Below are positions 9,457 to 17,780 of a stretch of DNA of 22,273 nucleotides, in pieces. The stretch comes from an uncultured archaeon (lineage in GTDB: Archaea; Asgardarchaeota; Thorarchaeia; Thorarchaeales; Thorarchaeaceae). The position numbers were made by a program, and so were the translations under genes. Each line of letters opens with the position of its first letter. Within the stretch, counting starts at the first letter, position 1. The notes beneath the pieces are model-generated. The model saw only the letters and a program-made list of their open reading frames with translations. It ran no database searches and had not been told where the DNA came from. The stretch is from the NCBI GenBank assembly GCA_964473825.1, contig CAYYQL010000040.1, positions 1 to 22,273 on the forward strand, written 5' to 3'.

Positions 9457-10416
9457 CTACTTCTTTCGAAGAACCTCATACGAACCATACCCATTCTTAA
9501 CCCCATCAAACTCAAACTCTCCGAAGGACTGTATCAGAACCGATTGCTTGCCTGCAGCATCCTCGAATGGAATGGGAATTATTCGACCGGGTCGTGCCCT
9601 GAGTTCATGCTCTTTGTTTCGCGCGTCAACTATGAGGAGCTCGGTCAATGTGGGAAATACACCATCAGGGCGATAGTCTTGCTTCAGGACCTCTATCTTC
9701 TTGATAGGAACATTATCTCCCTCCTCAAAGATGAAACCTCCTGTGCTTATGCGTCCATCATCCAGAATGATGGCAGCCGGATTGAGGGCCAGGCGATCAT
9801 TAAACCAGATGACGAAATAGAGCCAATTACCAACTCCAGTCCAGTCACGTATCCCATGGGTATGGTCTCTCTGGGCCATGGCGTTGGATATGCTGAACAG
9901 AGATTCCCCAAACTCGAATTGTCCGGACACCTTACCAATCTGTTCCCAGTGCATGTCCCCGCTCTTCTTGCCAATCTCCAAGGATTCGGGGGTCATGTGC
10001 TCGCTGTACTCGTATGTGGCGTTGATAGCACGATAGTGAAGCTCCATCTTGCAATCAACAAGGTCTGCAATGAGCGATGGGTCCTGCCTGACTCGTGGAA
10101 GTATCTCTGAGTCTTCTACAATGACTAGAGTGCCGTCAAAGGTATACCTCCATTCACCATCACCAATGCAACGGTGCTCCACACCTCCGACCTTAATAGA
10201 ATCAGGATAGTGTTCGCCCTCATCATTGATATGGAAAGCACCTACCCGGCCATCGGGTTGGAAGACAAAGAGAAATGTCATGCCATCAGGGATATTGGGT
10301 TTAAAGCCGACTCTGCTCATTGCACCAATATCAGCTGACTGGTCATAGAAGATGAAGTAGTAGCTCTCGTTCCAATTGGGATCTGTTGAAGTCGGTTTGT
10401 GAGTCAGTTGTTCCAT
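9457..10416 (-). CDS. Uncharacterised beta-rich protein resembling AttH/CrtC/tocopherol-cyclase-like double beta-barrel proteins (DUF7064/7065-like)
   Basis: Motifs WNESYYF, HWEQ.G.VSG and RDHTHG.RDW. Family recognised from memory, not searched. Starts 2 nt after the upstream stop. Confidence 0.6.
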   Translation of the reverse strand: MEQLTHKPTSTDPNWNESYYFIFYDQSADIGAMSRVGFKPNIPDGMTFLFVFQPDGRVGAFHINDEGEHYPDSIKVGGVEHRCIGDGEWRYTFDGTLVIVEDSEILPRVRQDPSLIADLVDCKMELHYRAINATYEYSEHMTPESLEIGKKSGDMHWEQIGKVSGQFEFGESLFSISNAMAQRDHTHGIRDWTGVGNWLYFVIWFNDRLALNPAAIILDDGRISTGGFIFEEGDNVPIKKIEVLKQDYRPDGVFPTLTELLIVDARNKEHELRARPGRIIPIPFEDAAGKQSVLIQSFGEFEFDGVKNGYGSYEVLRKK

Positions 10417-10418
10417 GG

Positions 10419-13247
10419 TTAGGTGACCTCTTGCTCGATTGCCAGATATCCCTCACTGCCGTTCAACGTGACGGTCTGGCCAGTCTCCAGTAGTTGACAG
10501 GCCTTTCTAACGTTCGTGATTGCTGGAATGCCATACTCCCTTGAAACCACCGCGCCATGAGAGAGGATACCGCCTGTTTCTGTTATGAGTCCTCCAATCC
10601 TCGAGAAGACGGGTGTCCAACCGGGATCTGTTCTGGGGACCACAAGGATCTCACCTGCGCGGACCTGAGATATGTCTGCAACAGAGTTCAAGACACGTAT
10701 GGTACCAGATACTATTCCTTGACTCGCCGGAATCCCGATGAGCCTGCCGGTGGACTCTGGCAGTGGGTCATTGAACTCCCTTGAGCCTTCGAGGAACTTC
10801 GGAGGAGTGATGTTTTCGTAGCGTTTGAACTCGTCATGTCGTTCGCGTGCTAGTTCGCGAATCTCAGGTTTCGATAGAGAGGTAGAACCATCGACTATGC
10901 GACGGATCTCGTTCCTATGGAGAAAGAAGATGTCTATAGATTTGTCAAGATAGTCTTGATTCACCAATCGCTCTCCCAGAATTAGGAAGAGCCTTCGGTT
11001 TCGGGTTATCCACCGATCCAGATTGAACCTCTGATTCTCTCTGAAGACAGTGTAAGTCCGAGCGAAGCTCAGGATGGCCGAGAATAAGAGCCATTTGAAG
11101 CTTCCAAAAGCTTGTTTCTGAAGCTCTCTCTTTACCAGCCTTTCAGCCTGGCCACGTTCAATCTTTATTCTCTTGTCTGTTCGGTTGACAGCAGAGTGTT
11201 GACCACTCACCAAGGCCTTGATGATGTCAAACACATGCTGAGAAGATTCACGCCAGCGAGGGTAGTAGGGTTCTCTAGTGAATCCCCGGTCTCCGAAGTC
11301 GTCAATGAATCCATCGTACGCTTCAGTGAAGATGCGTGATGATTCGCTATCAACCGTCCTGATACGGTCATAAAGAACATCCGAGGGGGTTTCAGATATC
11401 AGTTCTGCTAATTCCGAGTCGTCCCTAGCCAAGCTTGCTAATTCATTCAGACGCTTGTTGGTCTCATTGGTCTTGTGATCTAACTCCGAAACCAAAACTG
11501 GAAACAAAATCGCGGCTGCCCTTTCCCCGAGAAACCTCTTCAGCAGATAATGTGTGATTAGATTCATGCCGATGTTGTGAACGGGAATTCCGTATCTCAC
11601 CAGTCTGAAGTGGCTCATCATGACGCGGTCGAGGTCGTCAGCATGTGCAAGAATCTCCTTCGCGGATGCCGCCTTCTGCAAGCGCTCGAAATCGCGGTCC
11701 AGTTTTTGGCAATATGGAACAAAGACGTTGTCAGTCCAGTCATTGTAGACCGAAGAAGTCTTGGTCATGCCTCCATTGTCGTCGTATAGCATCACTCGAA
11801 TCTCTGCAAGGAGCCTACTCTTGAGGTTGAAGGGCATTCTCTTCATGGTCTCTTTCCCATAGGGGCCGGACCCCTCTGGGAAGTAGTTGAGAAGGTCGTC
11901 TGATCTGAGAAACGGGGGAATTTCATTCTGGACCTTTTTCTTCAGCACTTCTACGTTGAAGTATGCGTGTGCCTTGTACAGCTTGAGCAGCTCTGATGGC
12001 ATGTCTTGGTAGCCCATTATATCATTCAGCTCATCATTAACGATAAACGTGAGCTGGTCGCCAAGAAGATCGAAGAACAAAGGAGTAACATCATCGTTCC
12101 AGTAATCGTCGCTATAACCACGGGTCCAGAGAATCACATCATCACTGCATTGCCTTACTCTCGATGTGGTCACGGGCCTTGATTGTAGAATATGGAGCCT
12201 CTCCGTTTCGTCGATAGCCCACTCAACGTCCTGTGGGTAACCAAACAAGGCCTCTATTGAAGCGCCAACCTCAGCAAGGTGAAGAGCCTGTCCGTCGCTT
12301 AGCGAGGAGTCTTCGCCCCGTTCTCGTGGAAGCTCGATTGTTTTTACACCCTCGAATCCGTCCTCGTTCAGATCTATTATCGTATCCTTCGTTCCAATCT
12401 CTTTGCTCACAAGCGAATAGCCATCCAACTCCTTCGCAACGATGTATCTGTCAGGCACTGCCCTCCCAGAAACTACCGACTCGCCGAGTCCGAAATTTGA
12501 CTCGATCATCATCTCATCGCCATTGTCAGATAGGGGGTTCTTTGTGAACAACACTCCTGCAGAACGAGGTTTGACCATCTTCTGAACTACGACTGCTAGA
12601 GCTGTCCCGTCTTGAGGTATTTCATTGTTGCTGCGGTAGGCCACAGCTCGGCGTGTCCACATTGACGCGAAACACTTCTTCACGGTCTCACAAATTCGTT
12701 CGACGCCTTCTATATTGAGAAATGTGTCGTATTGCCCTGCAAAAGATGCGTCGGGAAGGTCTTCGGCAGTAGCTGAAGACCTAATGGCAACAGGACCACC
12801 TCCTAGACGTTCGTACGCATCACGGATTGCCTCCACCAAACCCTTCGGAAGGTCAACATCATCTATGGCTTGTCTGACCTTGACAGAAGCTTCCTGAAGC
12901 AGACTTTCCTCCCTGCTTGTGGCGTTTTGAAGGCAGCTCCGGACTGCAGCTGAAATGAGTTCTGATGATGTGTGCTCGATATAGCCATCGGTCGTGACTA
13001 CAAACCCATCTGGGACGTCAAAGCCATTTTGGCGGAGGACAGCCAGATTACATGCCTTGCCACCAACTAGGCTGTGATCACGACACTCACTAGCAGCGAT
13101 GTCAATGGTTAGCGGAATCTTGGTTAACTTGTTAACCTCCCTATTAGTCTTCAAGCTATTCCGTGGTACGGCACAATCCCTCCTAAGAGGGTTTCGGCAA
13201 TAGTGAGGAGCTATTTCGACAGAAAGCCAATTGTGTAACAAGATCAT
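10419..13247 (-). CDS. PEP-synthase-like dikinase with rifampin phosphotransferase/PigC architecture (ATP-grasp, helical substrate domain, C-terminal His swivel domain)
   Basis: N-terminal GGKACNL, RSSATAEDLPDASFAGQYDT, QDVEWA and LQSRPVT. C-terminal TDPGWTPVF...GGILSHGAVVSREYGIPA. No pyruvate-binding TIM barrel follows the His domain. Confidence 0.9.
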   Translation of the reverse strand: MILLHNWLSVEIAPHYCRNPLRRDCAVPRNSLKTNREVNKLTKIPLTIDIAASECRDHSLVGGKACNLAVLRQNGFDVPDGFVVTTDGYIEHTSSELISAAVRSCLQNATSREESLLQEASVKVRQAIDDVDLPKGLVEAIRDAYERLGGGPVAIRSSATAEDLPDASFAGQYDTFLNIEGVERICETVKKCFASMWTRRAVAYRSNNEIPQDGTALAVVVQKMVKPRSAGVLFTKNPLSDNGDEMMIESNFGLGESVVSGRAVPDRYIVAKELDGYSLVSKEIGTKDTIIDLNEDGFEGVKTIELPRERGEDSSLSDGQALHLAEVGASIEALFGYPQDVEWAIDETERLHILQSRPVTTSRVRQCSDDVILWTRGYSDDYWNDDVTPLFFDLLGDQLTFIVNDELNDIMGYQDMPSELLKLYKAHAYFNVEVLKKKVQNEIPPFLRSDDLLNYFPEGSGPYGKETMKRMPFNLKSRLLAEIRVMLYDDNGGMTKTSSVYNDWTDNVFVPYCQKLDRDFERLQKAASAKEILAHADDLDRVMMSHFRLVRYGIPVHNIGMNLITHYLLKRFLGERAAAILFPVLVSELDHKTNETNKRLNELASLARDDSELAELISETPSDVLYDRIRTVDSESSRIFTEAYDGFIDDFGDRGFTREPYYPRWRESSQHVFDIIKALVSGQHSAVNRTDKRIKIERGQAERLVKRELQKQAFGSFKWLLFSAILSFARTYTVFRENQRFNLDRWITRNRRLFLILGERLVNQDYLDKSIDIFFLHRNEIRRIVDGSTSLSKPEIRELARERHDEFKRYENITPPKFLEGSREFNDPLPESTGRLIGIPASQGIVSGTIRVLNSVADISQVRAGEILVVPRTDPGWTPVFSRIGGLITETGGILSHGAVVSREYGIPAITNVRKACQLLETGQTVTLNGSEGYLAIEQEVT

Positions 13248-14353
13248 AGAGTGAGGGAGTGGGCTCTCTTGAGAGTTGACACAGCCTCTTCAATGATAAC
13301 GTCAACCAATTCAGAAACATGCGGGATGTCCGATATTCTGCCAGTACACTCTCCCGCGAACATGAGTGCTGTATCCTCCTTCTGATCTAGCAGGTCATCA
13401 AATCCTGATCGTTCCAGTTCAAGAATCTTCTCGTTGGACTCCACCGGTTCTCCGAGATAGAACCTCGGGGCATCCTCCAAGGTCTGTTCGACAATCCTCT
13501 CCGAGCGTGCGTTTCGAAGGAATCTCATGGGCCCAAACAAACCTCGTCCAGCCAATGTCTTCCGTTCCTCACTCTTGACAATCATCTCTTTCCACATAGG
13601 CTCAAAATCGCTCTCCTCTGTGGCGATGAATCTTGTTCCCATCTGAACGCCACATGCTCCATAGCAGAGAGCTGCAGCGAGACTCGCCCCATCACAGAAT
13701 CCTCCAGCTGCAACAACAGGTTTGTCGACTGCTCTGACAACTGCTGGCACCAGAACTGAGGAATGAACAGGATCCCAAGAAATGTGGGCGCCTCCCTCGT
13801 GACCTGAAGCAACGATGATATCTGCTCCTGATTTCTCGGCCTTCTTTGCATGATACACTGAAGGTACTACATGGATCCAGATGAGACCGTGCCGTTTCAC
13901 CTCAGCCCACGGTGCAGGATTCCCTGCAGACGTGATGAGAACGCGCAGCCGCCTCTCGATATCTGAATCGCTTGCTCGTGACTCAATGACCTGCTCGAAG
14001 AACATCTTCGATGCTAGCATGAACTCGGACGCAACAGGCACGTTCACTCCGAACACGGCGCCACTCTTTCTCGTTTCTTGTGCTACTGCTTCGATCGACT
14101 TCCGCAAGAGCTCACGGGGAGGATCCGTTCCAAAGAGTCGCTCGGCATCAACTGGAGCAGCATCAGGAAGAAGACTAGCAGCCATACCAATACTGCTTAT
14201 GACGCCAAGACATCCACTGTTACTGACTGCAATGGCAAGGGACTCCGTCTTATACGGCCCCATGCCTCCCTGTATGATGGGATGGTCGATGTCGAGTAGC
14301 TCGCACAGCTCGGTGCTGATTTTGGCCATGGGATAGAGACGGGGTACTAGCAT
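13244..14353 (-). CDS. Nitronate monooxygenase / FabK-type enoyl-ACP reductase family FMN oxidoreductase (likely start ATG 14329)
   Basis: Motifs HPIIQGGM, AVSNSGCLG, FGVN, GHEGGAH, PVVAAGG..DG and GVQMGTRFIAT.ES. A TTAAAT box lies about 25 nt upstream of ATG 14329. ATGA overlap with the next gene. Confidence 0.88.
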   Translation of the reverse strand: MLVPRLYPMAKISTELCELLDIDHPIIQGGMGPYKTESLAIAVSNSGCLGVISSIGMAASLLPDAAPVDAERLFGTDPPRELLRKSIEAVAQETRKSGAVFGVNVPVASEFMLASKMFFEQVIESRASDSDIERRLRVLITSAGNPAPWAEVKRHGLIWIHVVPSVYHAKKAEKSGADIIVASGHEGGAHISWDPVHSSVLVPAVVRAVDKPVVAAGGFCDGASLAAALCYGACGVQMGTRFIATEESDFEPMWKEMIVKSEERKTLAGRGLFGPMRFLRNARSERIVEQTLEDAPRFYLGEPVESNEKILELERSGFDDLLDQKEDTALMFAGECTGRISDIPHVSELVDVIIEEAVSTLKRAHSLTL

Positions 14354-14542
14354 TTAAGGAATTCACCCAGAACGACCATCTTCTGTTTCTGAGGAAAGGA
14401 TAGTCGATTCTAGAGGGCCAACGCATCAGATATGGATTCAGCGGCTGAGACAAAGCCCTGTGACTCATGAAGGAATTTCCATGTAAGGTCTATTCCGGCC
14501 TGTTCGAATGTTCGAAAAGTAGTAAAGGCTGCAGCTCGAACC

Positions 14543-16585
14543 TTGTCTACTATGACTGCTCAGCTCCCCTATTTTGATGAGAAGCTGGATATTGAGGCTC
14601 GGGCAGGAGATCTGCTCTCAAGACTCTCCTTAGAGGAGAAGTTCAGACTGCTCGCCAGCCATGGGTGGCTACGAATATACACCACCAACCCAATCAAGCG
14701 CCTGAAGATCCCCTCGTTGAAGATGACTGATGGACCGTTAGGAGTAGCTATGCACTCCAGTGGATTCAAGAAGAACACAAGGTTTCCAGCACCCATCGCG
14801 CTTGCTGCCTCTTGGAACAGGGGGCTTATGGAAAGAATAGGTGAGGCAATGGGGAGGGAGGTTCGGGCAGTGGGACGGCAGGTGTTGCTTGCCCCGGGCA
14901 TCAACATCCACCGAACGCCGCTAAATGGCCGCACATTTGAGTACTTCAGTGAAGACCCGTACCTCACGAAGGAGTTGGCAATCCCATTTGTCAGAGGTGT
15001 TCAGAGTCAGCGTGTGGCGGCCTGTCTGAAACACTATGTGGCAAATAACCAGGAGATTGACCGAAGATCCTCGAGCTCGGAGATTGACGAGCGCACTCTG
15101 CATGAGATTTATCTTCGGGCTTTCCGGGCCACAGTAAAGGAGGCAGACCCATGGACACTCATGACCTGCTACAACATGGTAAACGGTGTCTATGGTTGCG
15201 AGAATGAGTATCTCCTGCAAGAAACTCTGTTTGACGCGTGGAGCTTTGACGGACTCGTCATGACTGACTGGTTCTCGTCACGGAATGCAGAGTCCACTGC
15301 AAGATGCCTCAATGCCGGTCTGACCCTTGAGATGCCATGGCCGGCTAGATACAAGACAAAGACTCTTCGAGAGGTCCTTAGTGAAGGAAACATCAACGAG
15401 GACACGCTAGATGATCGGGTTCGAAGGAACCTCCGAGTCATGTTGCAGACAGGTCTGTTTGATAGACCAGATTCATTGCTTCAGGGGTCACGCAATACAC
15501 CTGAACACCAAGAACTCGTCCGTCGTGCTGCCGAGGAAGGAATGGTACTTCTGAAGAATAAAGGCAATCTCTTACCTCTCGATATTGATTCACTGAACGT
15601 AATCAGTCTATCTGGGGACAATCTGAAGAAGAAATTTGGCAGGTTGCTCTACGGTGGATCTTCTGCTGTGAGCCCTCCATATGAAGCGACTCCATTGCAG
15701 GGGATGAAAGAGAGGTGCCGTGGTAAGGTTGACTTGGTACGCGGGAACAAGCCCGCGGATGTAGCCATTATCTTTGCGGGACTGAATCACGGCCGAGGAG
15801 GCGATTCCGAGTCTATGGATAGAGAATCTCTACATCTGGATGATGGGCAAGTCAGAGAGATCAAGGAGGTAGCAAGCACTCATTTCCAGACTGTGGTCTG
15901 CCTCATTGCAGGAAGCCCAATAGCCATGGATGAGTGGCTTGATGATGTCGAAGCGGTCGTCATGTGCTGGTATGGAGGAATGGAGGCAGGTCATGCGATT
16001 GCTAACGTACTGCTCGGCGATGTTAATCCATCAGGAAAACTACCACTGACGTTCCCCAAGAGATTGAGAGACTCTCCTGCTCACAGCACCGACAGTTCAA
16101 GGACCTATCCAGGCAATGGCCAGAAGAGAGTCCATTACGATGAGGGGATATACGTCGGTTATCGCTGGTTTGACCAGAAGAAGATTGAACCATTGTTCCC
16201 GTTCGGATATGGACTATCGTACACCGAATTCGAATACCAGAACGTATCGCTAGACGGACAGTCGATGAGCAGACCAGCCGACACAGTGGTTGTTAGCATT
16301 GACGTGACCAATACTGGAGAACGCGCCGGAGCTGAGGTCGTTCAAGTCTATGCACGCGACGTTGAGGCGTCAGTGAATCGCCCTCCACAAGAGCTTGTTG
16401 GCTTCCAGAAGATACTACTGGAACCAGGTGCGACTGCTGAGATGAGGATAGCAGTGAGAGGAGAAGACCTTGCATTCTATAGTGTAAAGGACAAGATGTG
16501 GAAAGTGGAACCAGGACACTTCAGATTGCTTATTGGAAAATCCTCAAGGGAAACCATTGCCGAGACCGATTTTGTCTATGAGTAG
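14543..16585 (+). CDS. Glycoside hydrolase family 3 beta-glucosidase (cytoplasmic; GH3 N, GH3 C, Fn3-like)
   Basis: Motifs MTDGPLG, LAPGINIHRTPLNGRTFEYFSEDP, KHYVANNQE, nucleophile motif VMTDW, NPSGKLP.TFP, EGIYVGYRWF and FPFGYGLSYT. No signal peptide. Confidence 0.95.
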   Translation: MSTMTAQLPYFDEKLDIEARAGDLLSRLSLEEKFRLLASHGWLRIYTTNPIKRLKIPSLKMTDGPLGVAMHSSGFKKNTRFPAPIALAASWNRGLMERIGEAMGREVRAVGRQVLLAPGINIHRTPLNGRTFEYFSEDPYLTKELAIPFVRGVQSQRVAACLKHYVANNQEIDRRSSSSEIDERTLHEIYLRAFRATVKEADPWTLMTCYNMVNGVYGCENEYLLQETLFDAWSFDGLVMTDWFSSRNAESTARCLNAGLTLEMPWPARYKTKTLREVLSEGNINEDTLDDRVRRNLRVMLQTGLFDRPDSLLQGSRNTPEHQELVRRAAEEGMVLLKNKGNLLPLDIDSLNVISLSGDNLKKKFGRLLYGGSSAVSPPYEATPLQGMKERCRGKVDLVRGNKPADVAIIFAGLNHGRGGDSESMDRESLHLDDGQVREIKEVASTHFQTVVCLIAGSPIAMDEWLDDVEAVVMCWYGGMEAGHAIANVLLGDVNPSGKLPLTFPKRLRDSPAHSTDSSRTYPGNGQKRVHYDEGIYVGYRWFDQKKIEPLFPFGYGLSYTEFEYQNVSLDGQSMSRPADTVVVSIDVTNTGERAGAEVVQVYARDVEASVNRPPQELVGFQKILLEPGATAEMRIAVRGEDLAFYSVKDKMWKVEPGHFRLLIGKSSRETIAETDFVYE

Positions 16586-16681
16586 ATTATGATTCCCCGC
16601 TATCCCTCTAGATAGCGAGCACTCGGCAAAGAATCCAAATATGGGGCTTCCAGACTTGTTGTGCAGTGAGGCGAAAACCCA

Positions 16682-17458
16682 ATGACCGAAGAGCTGGATG
16701 ACAAAACAAAGAGAGCGTTACTGAGGTTCGCGGTTAAAGCTGCAGAAGAGGCTGGGCGGCTTACACTGGAGTATTTCCAGCAATCTATCCGTGTCGAGAG
16801 AAAGGCAGATGACACGCCTGTTACTCTCGCAGACCGGCAATCAGAGCAACTCATCCGCAATTCCATAGAGTCTGAGTATCCGTCCCACTCCATTCTGGGT
16901 GAGGAATTCAAAGACAAGAAGACCAAGTCTCCCTTCAGATGGATTCTTGATCCGATAGATGGGACGCAGTCCTTCGTTCGTGGTGTCCCCCTGTACGCAG
17001 TTCTCATCGCCCTACAGTACCAGCGTCAGCCCTTGCTGGGAGTCATCCATGTCCCGCCGCTAGAGGAAACGGTCTCTGCTGCAGTTGGAATAGGATGCTA
17101 TCATAGAGGCGAAAGGTGCCGTGTGAGAGATACTGAATCACTCGCTGATGCTTGGGTTCATGTCACAGATGTGGTTTCGTTGGCTAGGCACAGGCCTGCC
17201 TTTCTAAGCCGCTTGCTCCAACAGGTCGGCTATCTGAGAACTTGGGGCGATGCTTATGGCTATCTGCTTGTTGCCACAGGCCGTGCACATGTGATGATTG
17301 ACCCAGTCATGAAAATCTGGGATATTGCGCCTCTTATGCCAATAGTGACAGAAGCGGGCGGATGGTTTGGAGACCTTGATGGCAATGCCAACGCTTTCGG
17401 AGATTCTGCCTTGGCATGTGTGCCTGCACTGCGCGAAAGAATCCTCAAGCTCCTGTGA
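16682..17458 (+). CDS. Inositol monophosphatase family protein, HisN-type histidinol-phosphatase-like
   Basis: Motifs KADDTPVTLADR..E, ILGEE, WILDPIDGT.SF, RTWGDAYGY and WDIAP. Confidence 0.85.
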   Translation: MTEELDDKTKRALLRFAVKAAEEAGRLTLEYFQQSIRVERKADDTPVTLADRQSEQLIRNSIESEYPSHSILGEEFKDKKTKSPFRWILDPIDGTQSFVRGVPLYAVLIALQYQRQPLLGVIHVPPLEETVSAAVGIGCYHRGERCRVRDTESLADAWVHVTDVVSLARHRPAFLSRLLQQVGYLRTWGDAYGYLLVATGRAHVMIDPVMKIWDIAPLMPIVTEAGGWFGDLDGNANAFGDSALACVPALRERILKLL

Positions 17459-17642
17459 GATGTGACTGGATCGAGAATGTCTTCGCTCCATACTGCTGAG
17501 AGAGGCAGAAAATGCAGTCAAGGGAGCCAAGAAACTGCCTGTAGTCCTGGAGCTCTGAGAGCGCGGAATATTCAGGTGTGGTCGTGAGATTCTTCAGTCA
17601 GGCTGTGATTGGAGATGCTAGAATCTTATCATCACCTTGGAA

Positions 17643-17672
17643 CCCTTGCGGGGCGTGTTTAACCCGACTAAC
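17643..17672. repeat. Dispersed direct repeat, copy A (26/30 identical to 22075-22104)
   Basis: CCCTTGCGGGGCGTGTttAACCCGaCTaAC versus CCCTTGCGGGGCGTGTccAACCCGgCTcAC; the first 16 nt match exactly. Confidence 0.7.
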
Positions 17673-17780
17673 TTTGGGTGTATACGACCTTGCGATAAAG
17701 CGCAACTCGCGCGTCAGTAAAGCATTCCTTCTTCCTTCAGGTTGTACAAAGAGAAGCGGTAGAAGCCAAGGATGTTATCG

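Noticed and set aside
10419-13247. Annotation as PEP synthase (ppsA) or as a rifampin resistance gene (rph)
   Set aside because: It lacks the pyruvate-binding barrel, and substrate specificity of the central domain cannot be assigned from sequence alone.
17459-17780. tRNA (including tRNA-Sec), hammerhead ribozyme or the 68-aa ORF at 17578-17784
   Set aside because: No T-loop/anticodon cloverleaf, no CUGANGA/GAAA core, and the ORF has no protein-like motifs.
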